A DNA stretch of 64,000 nucleotides, from contig NC_073399.1 in the NCBI RefSeq assembly GCF_028641065.1, forward strand, positions 20,336,001 to 20,400,000. Direction: 5' to 3'. Under the pieces are notes generated by a model, which searched no databases, was not told where the DNA came from, and worked only from the letters and a program-made list of their open reading frames with translations. Shown piece by piece: positions 11,400-23,891 of the stretch (position 1 is the stretch's first letter; the number at the start of each line of letters is the position of its first letter). Both the position numbers and the translations under genes were made by a program. This stretch comes from Leucoraja erinacea (lineage: Eukaryota).

Positions 11400-13060
11400 C
11401 AAACTCCTCAACATATTAGTATTCTCCACATCAATTTCACTCTGGAGTGTCCACCCTGCACTGGACCACTTGGACAACAAAAACACATACATCAGACTGT
11501 TTTTTATAGACTACAACTCAGCGTTCCAACACCGTTCCGACGCCCAAGTCGGGGCGGCCTGATCCGGGGGAGGTTCGGCGCCCAAGTCGGGGCGGCCCGG
11601 TCCGGGGGAGGTTCGGCGCCCAAGTCGGGGCGGCCCGGTCCGGGGGAGGTTCGGCGCCCAAGGTTCGGCGCCCAAGTCGGGGCGGCCCGGTCCGGGGGAG
11701 GTTCGGCGCCCAAGTCGAGGCGGCCCAGCCCGAGGCTGAAGACGGCACAGTACTCGCGTGAGGGTGGCTGGGACGGTGTTCTGGCGGCGGTGGCCTGAGT
11801 CCGGGGTTCAGCCGCGGGCCAGCAGCTGCTTCTGCAGAACTGGTGGGCGGCAGCTTCAACCACCCCGGGCCGCGGTGTTTGAGCCGCGGGACTGTTCTTA
11901 ACATCGCCCGGGGGGGGGGGGGGGGCATCGCCCCAGCGCAGAGGGAGAAGAGGAGGGAAGAGACTGCGACCTAAGACTTTTGCCTCCATCACAGTGAGGA
12001 GATGCTGGGTGGACTCACTGTGGTGGATGTTAATGTGTGTTTATTGTTGTTTTATTGTATGGTATTATATGTATGACTGCTGCAATTTCGTTCAGATTTC
12101 TGAATGACAATAAAAAAGGCTATCTATCATCATCCCCTCTAAGTTCACGAAACTGGGTCTCTGTGCATCCCTCTGGAATTGGATCCTCGACTTCCTCATC
12201 AACAGACCACAGTCTGTTTGAATTGGCAGAAACATTTCTTCCTTAATAACAATCAGTACGAGAGCACCTCAAGGCTGTGTGCTCAGCCCCCTGCTCTAAT
12301 CACTCTATACTCATGACGGTATAGCTGGACAGTGCGAACTCCATCTTCAAGTTCGCCGACAACACCACTGTTATTGGACAAATTACAGATGGTCATGAGT
12401 CATAATATAGAAGTGAGACCGATCGATTGACCAAATGGTGCCAGCACAACCTGGCTCTAATATCAGTAAGGCCAATGAACTGATTGTGGACTTTGGAAAA
12501 GGAAAGATGAGGACCCACAATCCTGTTTAAATCAATGGTGAAGAGAGTAAAAAACTTCAATTCCTAGGCGAGCATATTTCCGAAGATCTTTCCTGAATTC
12601 AGCACACTGAGGCAATTATAAAGAAAGCACATCAACGCCTCTACTTCCTGAGAAGATTTTGTTATGTCAGAGAGGATTCTCTGGAACTTCTACAGATTTA
12701 CAATAGAGAGCATATTGACTGGTTGCATTGCGGCCTGATTTGGCAACTTGAATGTCCAGGAGTGAAGAAGTCTGCAAAAAGTTGTGAACACTGCCTAGTT
12801 CATCATCGGCTCTGGCCTCCCCACCATTGAAGGGATTACTGGAATCACTGCCTCAAAAAAAGCAGCCAGCATCATCAGAGACCCACACCATCCTGGCCAC
12901 ACACATTTCACCTCTGCAATCGCGAAGGTACAGGATCCTGAAAACTGCAACGTCCAGGTTCAGGAACAGCTTCTTCCTTTCAGCCATTCGGCTATTAGAA
13001 TTTCATTATTCTATCTGGGACATGTGACAATAAAACACTCTTGACTCTCTCTCTCTTGAC
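11400..13060 (+). mobile_element. Rex1/Babar-like LINE 3' remnant interrupted by an insertion
   Basis: Decayed RT: 'LFFIDYNSAF', 'APQGCVLSPLL', 'FKFADNTTVIG', 'KKAHQRLYFLRR', 'TSRFRNSFF'. It has an AATAAA plus (CTTGACT) tail, and the RT resumes after the 11533-12127 insert. Confidence 0.8.
11533..12127 (+). mobile_element. Non-autonomous retroposon with 38-bp GC-rich tandem repeat and 3' stem-loop
   Basis: Unit CGCCCAAGTCGGGGCGGCCCGGTCCGGGGGAGGTTCGG repeats about 4.5 times (11541-11725). Hairpin at 11985-12027; tail AATAAAAAAGGCTATCTATC. Inserted into LINE RT sequence. Confidence 0.6.
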
Positions 13061-13158
13061 TGTCTTCCGTGTCCTTCTCCGACATGGAGAAGTACTCATT
13101 TGGTATCTCAATTACATCCTCTGACTCCTAGCATAAATTCCCTCCTTTATCCTTAAGC

Positions 13159-16100
13159 TGTGGTCTCGAAATGAAAGAGAGGAGTCAGGTATTTCGAGAG
13201 GCACCTTTATTTGTGTTCCTCCCGGTTGTAGGGAAGTCCACACGAGAGAAAGATGCCACCCAAACCCCTGCCTTTAAACCCTCTGGTTAAGGGCCGCCTC
13301 CGGACTGAACCACTCCCATGCCGAGGGGTTGGACAGTTACGATGGCCCGACCCTTGGGAGCAGCCACAGGACCCCCCCCCCAGAACCCGAGGCACGAAAC
13401 GCACCGGTGGGCCGCATGCGGAAGTCAGCCAATCATGGGGCTGGCGGAGGCATAGGTGGAGGGACAGGTCGAGGGACCGGCATCTTCCCGCGGTGGAGTG
13501 ACAGGCGGAGGGAGCCGTGAAGGGGGTCGCCCTCGAGGCCGAGGTTGGGCAACCAGCTGGACAATGTCCAGGTGTGCCGGCTTCAACCAGTCAATCGACA
13601 CGGCCTCTGGCCGGCCCCCCATGTCCAGCACAAAGGTCGTCTGCCCGTGTTCCAGCACTTGGAACGGGCCCTTGTACGGCCTCTGGAGTGGCGTCCGGTG
13701 GGCATCACGGCGCAGGAAAACATATGGGCAGTCCCGGAGGGCTGATGGCACATGTGGGCAAAATGTCCCATGGCGGGACGTCGGGACGGGTGCGAGCCTG
13801 CCAACTTGCTCGCGAAGGCTCTTTAAGGTGGATAAGGGCGTTCCCTGCTGCCCCGGCGCCGACGGCACGAACTCCCCGGGCACCATGAGTGGCGACCCGT
13901 ACACGAGCTCCGCTGATGATGAGGCCAAGTCCTCTTTAGGAGCAGTCCGAATGCCCAGCTTGACCCACGGCAACTCGTCCATCCGGTCCAGGCCGGAGAG
14001 TCGCGCCTTCAGCGCTGCCTTGAGCTGCCGGTGGAACCGCTCCACCAGACCGTTAGCTTGCGGGTGATAAGCCGTGGTGTGGTGAAGCCACACCCTGAGC
14101 AAACGAGCCATGGCCGACCACAGCTTGGAGGTGAACTGTGGCTCCCGGTCCGAGGAGATGTGCGGCGGCACCTCGAAACGCACAATCCAGTGCGCGGACA
14201 ACGCACGAGCGCACATAGCTGTTGAAGTGTCGGCCAGCGGAATAGCCTCTGGCCACCGCGTGAAGCGGTCCACCATCGTGAGGAGGTGGGCGATGCCCCG
14301 GGATGGCGGAGGAGGCCCACAATGTCCACGTGGAGATGGTCAAATCGCCGGTGAGGTAGACCGAACTGGAGAGACACACGGACATGGCGCTGGATCTTCA
14401 CTGTCTGGCACGGAATGCAGGTGCGAGCCCAGTGGCCAACCTGCTTGTGCAGACCGTGCCACATGAAACGAGCGGCCACTAGTGCCGGTGTCGCCCGGAT
14501 TGATGGGTGAGACAGTCCGTGGATAACCTCGAAAACCCTCCAGCGCCAGGCGGCAGGGCCGATGGGGCGCGGCTGACCGGACGATATATCGTACAGGATC
14601 ATCGCTCCTCCAGGACCGAGAGGGACATCCTCGAGGCGGAGGCCGGAGGTGGCAGTCCGGTAGGCGGGCATCTCACTGTCCGTGAGCTGTGCCTCCGCCA
14701 GGGCAGAATAGTCAATTCCGGGCGCCACCTCGAAAACGGCGTAGATAGCGGGGCGGGACAATGCGTCGGCCACCCGGTTTTCTTTCCCCTCGACGTAGCG
14801 GATAGATGTGGTATATTCAGAAATGTAGGCCAATTGCCGCTGCTGTCATGCGGACCAGGGGTCGGAAATCTTCGCCAGGGTGAAAGTGAGCGGCTTGTGG
14901 TCCGTGTAGGTGGTGAACGGGTGGCCCTCAGGAAGTAGCAGAAATGGCGCAAGGCCAGGCACAGAGCCAGGAGGTCGCGATCGAACGCGCTGTATTTGGT
15001 CTGCGCGCGGTTGAGGTGCCGGCTGAAGAAGGCCAGGAGCCGCCAACCTCCGTCCGGCGGTTGCTCCAGCACGGTACCAACCGTCGACTCCAAGGCGTCC
15101 ACCGTGAGAGCAGTCGGGGCATCTTCCCGCGGGTGTACCAGAAGTACGGCCCGAGCAAGGAGCTCCTTCGCGCCGCCAAATGCTGCCACTGCCTCGTGGT
15201 TCCACTCAACGCTCTTATGCTGCCCTCCCGCCAGAAGTTGATTCAGTGGCCGCATGATGTGCCACCATCTCGACAAACTCCTGCAGGCCGTGCACCGTGC
15301 GTGGGTGGGGAAACCGACGGATGGCGTCGACCCTGTCCGGCAAGGGAACCGCGCCTTGCAAAGTCAAGCGGTGGCCGAGGAAGTCGATCTCAGTTACCCC
15401 ACAACGGCACTTGGCGAGGTTGATAGCCAAGCCATGCTCGCTGAGCCGCTGACAGAGCTGCCGGAGGTGGGCGCAGTGCTCCTGCTGCGAGCGGCTGGCC
15501 ATCAGGATGTCGTCCAGGTAAACAAACACAAAATCGAGGTCGCGACACACCCCGTCCATTAAGCGTTGAAAAGCCTGTGCAGCGTTCTTGAGGCCGAACG
15601 GCATCCGCGTGAATTCATACAGTCCGAACGGCGTGATGATCGCCGTCTTGGGTACATCCTCCGGGTGGACTGGGATCTGGTTATAACCCCGTACCAGATC
15701 CACTTTGGAAAATATTGTAGCCCCAGCCAAATGGGCGGTGAAGTCCTGGATGTGGGGTACGGGGTATCGATCCGCGGTTGTTGCGGCATTCAGCCGCCGG
15801 TAATCCCCACAAAGTCGCCAGCCCCCGCTTGCCTTAGGGATCATGTGGAGTGGAGACGCCCATGGGCTGCTTGAAGGGCGGATGATCCCCAAGGACTCCA
15901 TCGTGCAGAATTCCTGCGTGCCAGACGCAGTTTATCTGGCGACAGGCGGCATGCTCGTGCATGGATAGGTGGGCCGGTAGTCTGTATAAAATGTACCACT
16001 CCGTGACTGGGGATCGATGACCGAAACTGTGGGGTCAGGATATCCGGGAACGCGGCCAAGATCCGAGCAAAGTGGGAATCCACGGATGACAGGGGGCGTC

Positions 16101-18652
16101 CCACCGGCTGATCCAAACATAACGTGATCGGCTCCATCGTAGCGGCGTTGACCAAGCGCTGAAGCCTGACGTCCACCAGGAGGGAATGCGCCCGGAGGAA
16201 GTCGGCCCCGAGCAACGGCTGGGAGACATCAGCAATGGTGAACCGTCATGAGAAATGGCAGGAGCCGAACATGATCGGGACCATGCGCGCTCCATGCGTG
16301 CGGATGGGGCTGCCATTTGCCGCGGTGAGGACGGGCCCCCGCTAACCGGAACGATTGTTGGCCAGCGAAGGGGGCAGAACGGTGAGCTAAGCTCCAGTAT
16401 CAACGAGGAAGCGGGTCCCGGAGCGCCGATCGCAGACGAAGAGACGGTGAATTTGGCCGGCCGCGCGGGGACTATTGGCAGCTGGCCCAGGCTTTTCCCG
16501 GGAAAGTGCACGGCTGGCGGCATTGTCGTGCTGCAGCACCCCAGCACTGATGGTAGTAGCACCAGTGCCTCCTGTTGGTGGTACTTGGAGCTTGCTGGCT
16601 CCTGTTGGTGGCACTTGCAGCTTGCTGGCGCTGGACTGCAGGTGCAGTACCCGACACGCCCACGATCTTACAGTAGCAATGTTACAAAATTTTGAGATTT
16701 AAAAAATCAAGTCTGCAATTTATCCCATCAGATAAAGCATAACAATAAGTTTAATTTGACACATAATTCACTTTCATATCTCAAGTAATAAAAAAGTTAT
16801 GGCCATTTTCATACTCGGAAATTAGCATCTTGTTCCCTATTGATTTTCTATGGACATAACAAAAAAGCTGTGATCATGGACAGTCAAAAGCCCATAACCT
16901 TCTTAAAAATTAAGAGAAGTGAATGAAATTTTCAGTTATCATAGATTGAAGCATTCTGAAACAAATATAAAATAATCTTACTTGGATGACCTGAAATTAA
17001 AGCATATAATTAGTTAGTTACCCAATTGTAGCTAATTTCAAACTTCAATTACTAGATCTAAACATCTATCCATTTCTTAATAAATGATTAACAGTTTTAA
17101 ATAGCCCAAGTTTCCAAATAATATTCACAAATAATTCACAATAAAACATGATTTTTAAATCTCATTTACATCAATTTATAGGCCAAATGGAAGGAATTTA
17201 GTGTTCAATTGCTGTAAATTAAAGTCAATTTAAATCAGCTTTAGAGTGGGTTCCTGTGAACGCGCTGGTTTAGAACGTTCACATTGCAGTGGATTTGTGC
17301 CCTCAAGTGCCCAGAAAAATACTGTGGGATATAAAGAGTCCAAAATGAACTACTCGCTATAGAAAACTTTATATACAGGGTTCTTAAGAAGCCCCATTTA
17401 ATGTAAAAATAAGGTACATACCTTTAATTGTTTGCTTTATAAAACCTGGGGCTGAGAGGTTGCGAGTTTAGAGAGTGATTTTGAAACTACTATAACTATT
17501 ATACAAGGCCATAAAAACTAATAATACCTTTTGCGACGGGGTCTTTCAACGATTTTCCGTTAATGATTTACTAGGCTGAACATTTTCGATTGCAACAGCC
17601 TAGTAAAAATCGCGTTTTAAACCCGCCCCCTCTAAACAGCGCCAAAATCGCACACACGGGGTAGGGCAGATGCTCAGCCACGATTCAGGTAGGTTTTGTA
17701 ACATACCTACTTACAGGCCGCCGGGCTGGAGCTGTCATTCCTTCCACAAATCCCCCGCCCCACCGGAGGAAATCGGGAGCTGCCGGGGTGACGTCATCAG
17801 TGCGCCTGCCGGGGGCCAGCGCGTCATCAGGGCGCGTCATCCTCAGCGCGTCCCCGTGTCTGCTGATGGCCAGCGCTTTGACGTCATCAAGGCACGCCAT
17901 CCACAGCGCGTCGGCGCGCCTCCCGAGGGCACTGATGTTGGCGAAGGAGGCGTCCGTGAGCTGAAGACGGATGTAGGCTGGCAGCAGATGGAGGTAAGTA
18001 TACTCAAACAATAGGCACTGTGTGCCCATCCAGGAGAGCAACCATCTCCTTTAGGAGGCTTGATGGCCGTCGGTCGCCTAGGCCCTCCATATGAAGGAGC
18101 CTAGCAGCACGCTCCATCCTGCTGAGTCCATAAATCTGGAGCAGGGGCTCCTTAAGGCCGAGGTATTTATCGGTGGCCGGGGGGGCTGCGAGGAAGTCCG
18201 TGACCTCTTCAACCGTGTCCTGGTCGAGGGCCCCCCACTAGATAATAGAAGCGGGTGGCATCGACTGTGATGCCCCGCAGGTTGAATTGGGCCTCCGCCT
18301 GCTGGAACCAGATGTGCGGCCCGGTGGTCCAGAAGGTGGGCAATTTTACAGAGACCGCGTCCAGAGACAGGGCCGGGCCGGCCTGTGAAGTGGTAGGGTT
18401 TTCTCCTTTCTCCATCATGACGACAATGGAGCGTTGGGGTCACCAATGTGGTGCGTAGGTCTCAAAACGAAAGAGAGGAGTTAAGTATTTCGAAAGGCAC
18501 CTTTATGTGTGTTCCTCCCAGTTGTAGGGAAGTCCACACAAGAGAAAGATGGCACCCAAACCCCTGCCTTTAAACCCTCTGGTCAAGGGCCGCCTCCGGA
18601 CGGAACAACTCCCGTGCTCAGGGGTTCGACAGTTAGGATGGCCCGACCCCTG
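13159..18652 (-). mobile_element. Ty3/gypsy LTR retrotransposon B (near full length, frameshifted)
   Basis: LTRs at 13159-13368 and 18447-~18652 (about 10% diverged by eye); PBS TGGTGACCCCAACGC 18431-18445; PPT ~13370-13381; gag (AVSVKLPTFW..WFQQAEAQF); protease FLVDTGA; RT ([10 protein letters not shown]...FVYLDD, 15215-15901); RNase H; integrase (HHTTAYHPQANGLVERFH, YKGPF, 13425-14276). Confidence 0.95.
16674..17709. mobile_element. AT-rich non-autonomous DNA transposon inserted in gypsy B gag
   Basis: Imperfect TIRs TAGCAATGTTACAAAA / revcomp TAGGTATGTTACAAAA, flanked by the direct repeat CTTACAG (16667-16673 and 17710-17716). There is a sharp GC drop relative to the host element. Confidence 0.85.
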
Positions 18653-21353
18653 AGATCCTACCTTCTCCGTGTTACTTTCTTGTTCTTAATGTTCGTATAA
18701 AAAGCTACCGCACTTTCTTTAATCTGACTTACAAATAATATTTCTTAGCCCCTTTCGGACATTCTAATTGCCCACTCAAGTTCTTTCTCGCTTGCATTAT
18801 AATCCTCAAAGACCGCATCTGATTTAATATTTCTAAACCTTACATACACTTTTCTTTTTCTTTCTGGCCGAATTTATAACCTCTTTGGTCATCCAATGTT
18901 CCCTTACCTTGCCATCCTGATCCTTCTTCTTAACCAGAACAAGCCAGTCTTGCAGTGGCCTTTAAATGACTCCCACAGTCAGATGTGCACTTACCCATTA
19001 ACAATTGCTCCCAATTTCCTCTCACTAGCGCTTGCCTAATAATGCTGCTGTACCCTAATTTAGTCATTTTCCCCCAAGGAATAGACATCCTTAGTCATAA
19101 CTATGTTAAGACCTAAGGAGTTGTGATCACTGTTCCCAGACGTGCGCACAAAGAGGCAGGAGATGAAGGCTCAAGAGAGGGTTTGTACCGCAATACTGCT
19201 GGGTAACCGGGATTAGTATAGATGAAGACCAATGGTCGGCATAGACAGAGTGGGCTGAAGGGCTTGTTTCTGTGCTGACAGTCCCCACCAGTAGTGTACC
19301 TCAGGAATATACATTTTATTCTTACAGATTCTCACCAACTCCTCCCAGATTGCACCAATCAACTACACACTAGAGACAAATTAAATTAACTTGCCAGCTC
19401 GCACATCTTTGGGATGTTGGCGGAAACCAGGGTGTGCAGAGGAAACCTACATGGTCATAGGGAGACCATGACCTCACAACATCCAAAGTCAGGATTGAAC
19501 TAATGCCTCTGGTGCTGTCAGGTAGCAGGTCTACCAGCTGTGTTACTGTGCTGACTGTGCATCATGCATTAGGATCCCAGATCCATCTGCATGTCAGAGA
19601 TTCGTAATAATCCACTAGTTGGACAATAGATATTTTGATTATTAATTTAATTTAGAGATATAGCGTGGAAAAGAAGCCTTTCAGCCCACCAAGTCCACAC
19701 CGTCCGTCAATCACCTATTCACATTAGTTCTATCTTATCTTACTATCTCATCCACTCCCTACACACGAGGGGCAAGATACAGCAGCTCACCAGCGTCCAC
19801 TCCACCCTTGTATTCAGGTTAATTTTTTCAAAGACACAAAATGTTGGAGTAAGTCAGCAGGACAGGCAGTATCTCTGGAGAGAAGGAATGGGTGATGTTT
19901 CGGGTCGAGACCCTTCTTCACACTGAGAGTCAGGGGTGAGGGAAACTAAAGATATGGAAGGGAAAGGTGTGGAAAATGACAGATCAAAGCAGATGGTGAT
20001 AAAGGAAATGTAGAATGGCTCATTGTTGGCTGAGTGGAAGGTGACAACAAGGCATACAAACTTAATCAGATGGACAGTGAAACTAGTCAGAGAACTAGGA
20101 TGGGGAGGGACGATGAGAGAGAGAAAGAAAGGGTTACAAAGTTAGAGAAATCAATATTCACACCACTGGGTTGTAAACTGCCCAAGCAAAATATGAAGTG
20201 AAATGTCTTGCATAATGGCGCTCAACACACGAAAGTAAACATTGCAAGCACTTAAAAAACTGCGGGCAAATGTGATTAGTGTGATTTAGTTGGACCAAAT
20301 GTGATTTAGTTGGACAAATGTTTCATGTGGATCAAAGGAGCCATTTCTCTGCTGAACCTTTATGACCATGTTTTTTAATGTCGAAGATATTCCTTGCAGG
20401 ACACCACTGCACCACTTCCAGTTTGGAAGATGTCTATACCCCAACCCAATTGCAAATCCACTCTATCACTTTAGCCACTTTACGAATAAACAAACCATAA
20501 CAATGGCTTGGAAATTACATCTTGAAAATAGGCTCTTTAGCCCCACTAGTTCAGCCTTCTTCCTTCACATTGGATGAATGCAAAACTTTGAACCCACAGG
20601 ATTCTTGGATGCTCCATACCCTTCTTCGCTAACATGCAGGAAAGGTCTCTGCTTCCAGCATTGACGCATCAAATTTGATGGCATCACTTCTCCCCTCCGT
20701 AGGCTCCCTCTGAAAGCTCCTCTTCTCTGTTCTGAATGATGGAATTGGCAGCAGGAAACCAGCTTTGGACCTTAGCCTAATTAAAAATTTCAAAAATAAT
20801 GTATCTGTGTTGCATTCTATTCGTTCAACATCATTATATATCGATCGTTATATTATAACATTTTATTTGATGAACCTGCTTTACAAAGTAATATTCCATT
20901 ATTTCAATGGGATTAACCATTTGAGGTGCTGCTTTAACAATCTGTAGAGTATTAACAACTTGGTTCTTCCACATGAAGCAACTCAATTCCACTGAGTGAC
21001 AATGTTCTCCCCATGTACCTATGAATATTGCATTTTCATTGCTGAAACAGTGCAGTGCTTTCAATGGCAGAGCAGCAAAGAAATGTCTATAGCAGATCAA
21101 TCACATATTTTAACAATGTATTCATATATTCCAGATGATGAGGGTTAACACTGATGCAAGAAAGCTACAGTCGAGGCTTCAAAGAGCAGTATCAGTTAAA
21201 AAATGTCTTATAAAGAAATTAAATGACAAAAGATATTCTATCAAGAGACTTAAATAACTTCATTTCTGGCCTATACGAACAGTAGAGGAAGGGCTGATAT
21301 GCAGTGTCCATAGTTCCACCCTGGGGTTCAGAGCTGATGTTGCACGTCTCCTT

Positions 21354-21438
21354 TTAGTCTATTATCACCCGCCGATCCTGTTTGATGCTGGACTGGATCT
21401 TCTTCTGCCGCAGTCGCTCCCGGTGCATGGTCTCCACC
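21354..21438 (-). CDS. MRPL58: MRPL58 coding exon 6 (terminal)
   Basis: ttccag|G GTG GAG ACC ATG CAC CGG GAG CGA...GAC TAA = (R)VETMHRERLRQKKIQSSIKQDRRVIID*, the basic C-terminal tail of ICT1. Total CDS 588 nt = 195 aa. Confidence 0.94.
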
Positions 21439-22225
21439 CTGGAATTGCCACAATTCAGTAAAGTCTCAGTGTTTGTCCTCAAGACATTCCCACCTTTCTC
21501 AACAAGTAACTACCCTCTAGCTACCCTGCTCAGCACCTGTTAAGCCATGCATGGCCATTGCACACAGACATTCCAGTGCTGAAGTGGGCTCTGAGTCATG
21601 GCTGGTTAATTGAGGGTGGGCTGCAATGTGGAATGACTCTGTTCCCTTTCCCACAGAGCCCAATGGGCAGGTGGGAGCAGGCTGCGGGTTCATTGATCAT
21701 CACCCACACCCTGAGATCAGGAACACTGAGGCCAAACCATGAAGCAATGTTGGTTCCAGATGAGCCAGAAAATGATCAGTCAATGCCATTACATGTTGAG
21801 AAAGTATAACCCTTCTCTGAAATGGCCATCTCTGCAATTGATTCTCTTTAAAACTCAGCGACCCATCACCTTTCACCACCACAGCATTTTATAGCCAAAG
21901 ACACTGGCTGTAAAGTAATATTACAATGCAAACTCCCACAAACAGCAACTAATTTTAGCCAAGAAACGAGGCAAGATCTCCATCACTGTGAAATGACAGC
22001 GTCTCAGTTAAAAATCTCATCCTAAAGTTGACACCAGCAACAGAGCTGCAGGTCCCGCGGTGAGGTGACGGGCTCTGTCTCTGCAACGAGGGTTCTGATC
22101 CAGAGGTAAGAGTTTTGCCACTGAGCCAAATGGACAAATAAAAGTTCCTGCTGCAGGATACATCCAGCCTCCTCATAGACCCCCCCCCCCCCCCCCCTCC
22201 TTCTCCCTGTGCTTTGCAGCATTAC

Positions 22226-22395
22226 CGCATTCGACGGATTTCAGCGGACTCTTTGGATGGTTGCTTGGGCGTCTCACTCGCTGCTGTCACCATGTCCCGA
22301 ATCTTCCGCAGACAGTCCGCCAGGTTTCTCATCTGGTACCTGCTGACCTCCGACGTAACGATCAACTGGCCAGCCCGATTGATGCGGTTCTGGTA
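22226..22395 (-). CDS. MRPL58: MRPL58 coding exon 5
   Basis: cag|TAC...ATG CG|gtaat = YQNRINRAGQLIVTSEVSRYQMRNLADCLRKIRDMVTAASETPKQPSKESAEIRRM(R). It contains the ICT1 'SRYQxRNLADCL' motif. 170 nt. Confidence 0.96.
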
Positions 22396-22809
22396 CTGAG
22401 GGAGTGAGGGAGCAGATGTTAGGTACAATCGTTCAGTGTTATCACAGTTTACCTTCAGATGGAGCAGTCTTAAATTCAATAGGACAGAAGCAGCATGTCT
22501 CGTGTCACCCCGTGTCCAATGAAAAGACTCGCTGAAAAAGTTTGTACTTTCACTCGCTTTTCCTTTCTCAGTAACTCTGCCTGTTCTTTATACTTATCTT
22601 ATTCCCTCCTGAAATCTATTGTTGAATGTAGTTCCAACTCTCTCTCAATCTTCCAAACATCAGATAATAATGATCTTAGGCAGTGAGTGACCTACGGCTG
22701 CTCCTAACTGGTGTGCAACTCAAAGACAATCAAGGCGTACATTTAATGTCGAGAAGAAACTGAAAAAGGAAATAAGGACAAAGAATAGGTAGACTGGCAC
22801 ACAACTCAC

Positions 22810-22892
22810 CTTGGCAGTGATCACATTTTGCACGTCTTTCGAGAGCCAGTCTGCAGTCGCCACGTGGAACCTCACCTCCGCTTTCGTGTTCA
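22810..22892 (-). CDS. MRPL58: MRPL58 coding exon 4
   Basis: ccag|TG AAC ACG...GCC AAG|gtgagt = (V)NTKAEVRFHVATADWLSKDVQNVITAK. 83 nt. Confidence 0.95.
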
Positions 22893-23237
22893 CTGGCAAA
22901 ACATCCAACACAGCAACAGGGGAGCGTTAAACATGAACTCATACTCGCAGTATCAAAAAAACTTGACAGTACGGTTACTACCAACCCCACCCCCTGCCTG
23001 GTCCAACGAAGCTCGGCATTGAGCCGGCGTGGCAAACGCAGATTACCTGGCACTGACAGGGCCTGCACCAGGAGACTTCCCTCACACAGACTGGCTGCAT
23101 CCTATTAACAAAATGAGGCAACTGGTTGGATGCCTGTCTGCACAGGTCAGTAAAGGTCTTTGCCACACAAACATGAAGTGGACAAAATCAACCAGAAATC
23201 AAGCTCCTCATCACAAATAATTTGTCCTCCACTCTAA

Positions 23238-23891
23238 GACGTGTGGCGTCGACAGACGAGAAGCCAAAGCAAAGAAGTGAAAGCCATGGAAACTAATGGA
23301 AACTAAGCCAAAACGCCAAATAACCGAATGGAAACGAAGCCGAAACGCCAACTAACCGAAAGGGTGGGACGTCTAAATGCAAACTAACTGAAAGGGCTGG
23401 ACGCCTAAAAGCCAACTAACCGAAAGACTGCGTCGCCTAAAAGCAATCTCACTTAATGGCGGCTCTGCCGAAACGTCACCTACCCGAAAGGCGGCGTCGC
23501 CTACAAGCCAACGAACTGAATGCCGCTCAACAGAAAACTCAACCAATAGACATGACGTGCCGGGGGGGACTTGTCAGCGATTGGTCCAGACCCCCGTGTC
23601 CATCACATCACTGTGGAGGGATGAACATTGTTTCACACCTCCGCTCCACCCGACCCACAGCCCGCAGAGGGTGGCCGTGGGAAAGTGGGGGATGTCCCGA
23701 GGGATGCGCACCTTTGGCCGCTTTCAACTTGGTGCTTGGGTTCAGATTGCCCAGTCACGCTTTCGGTTAGTTGGCGTTTCGGCTTTGTTTCAATTCGGTT
23801 ATTTGCCGTTTTGGCTTTGTTTCCATTTGGTTAATTGGCTTCCACTTCTTTGCTTCGGCTTCTCGTCCGTCGGCGCCACGTCCGGGTACCG
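23238..23891. mobile_element. MITE with long inverted ends and subterminal repeats (MRPL58 intron 3)
   Basis: Left end GACGTGTGGCGTCGACAGACGAGAAGCCAAAGCAAAGAAGTG is the inverted counterpart of right end CACTTCTTTGCTTCGGCTTCTCGTCCGTCGGCGCCACGTCC. AACTAACCGAA-like units repeat in mirror orientation. Confidence 0.75.

Noticed and set aside
13456-16695. Many long plus-strand ORFs over gypsy B
   Set aside because: They are antisense or alternative frames of GC-rich pol sequence with no domain signal.
1-20300. Expected syntenic neighbours (ATP5PD/KCTD2) beyond MRPL58
   Set aside because: I could not recognise exons of either gene; the region is almost entirely transposon debris.
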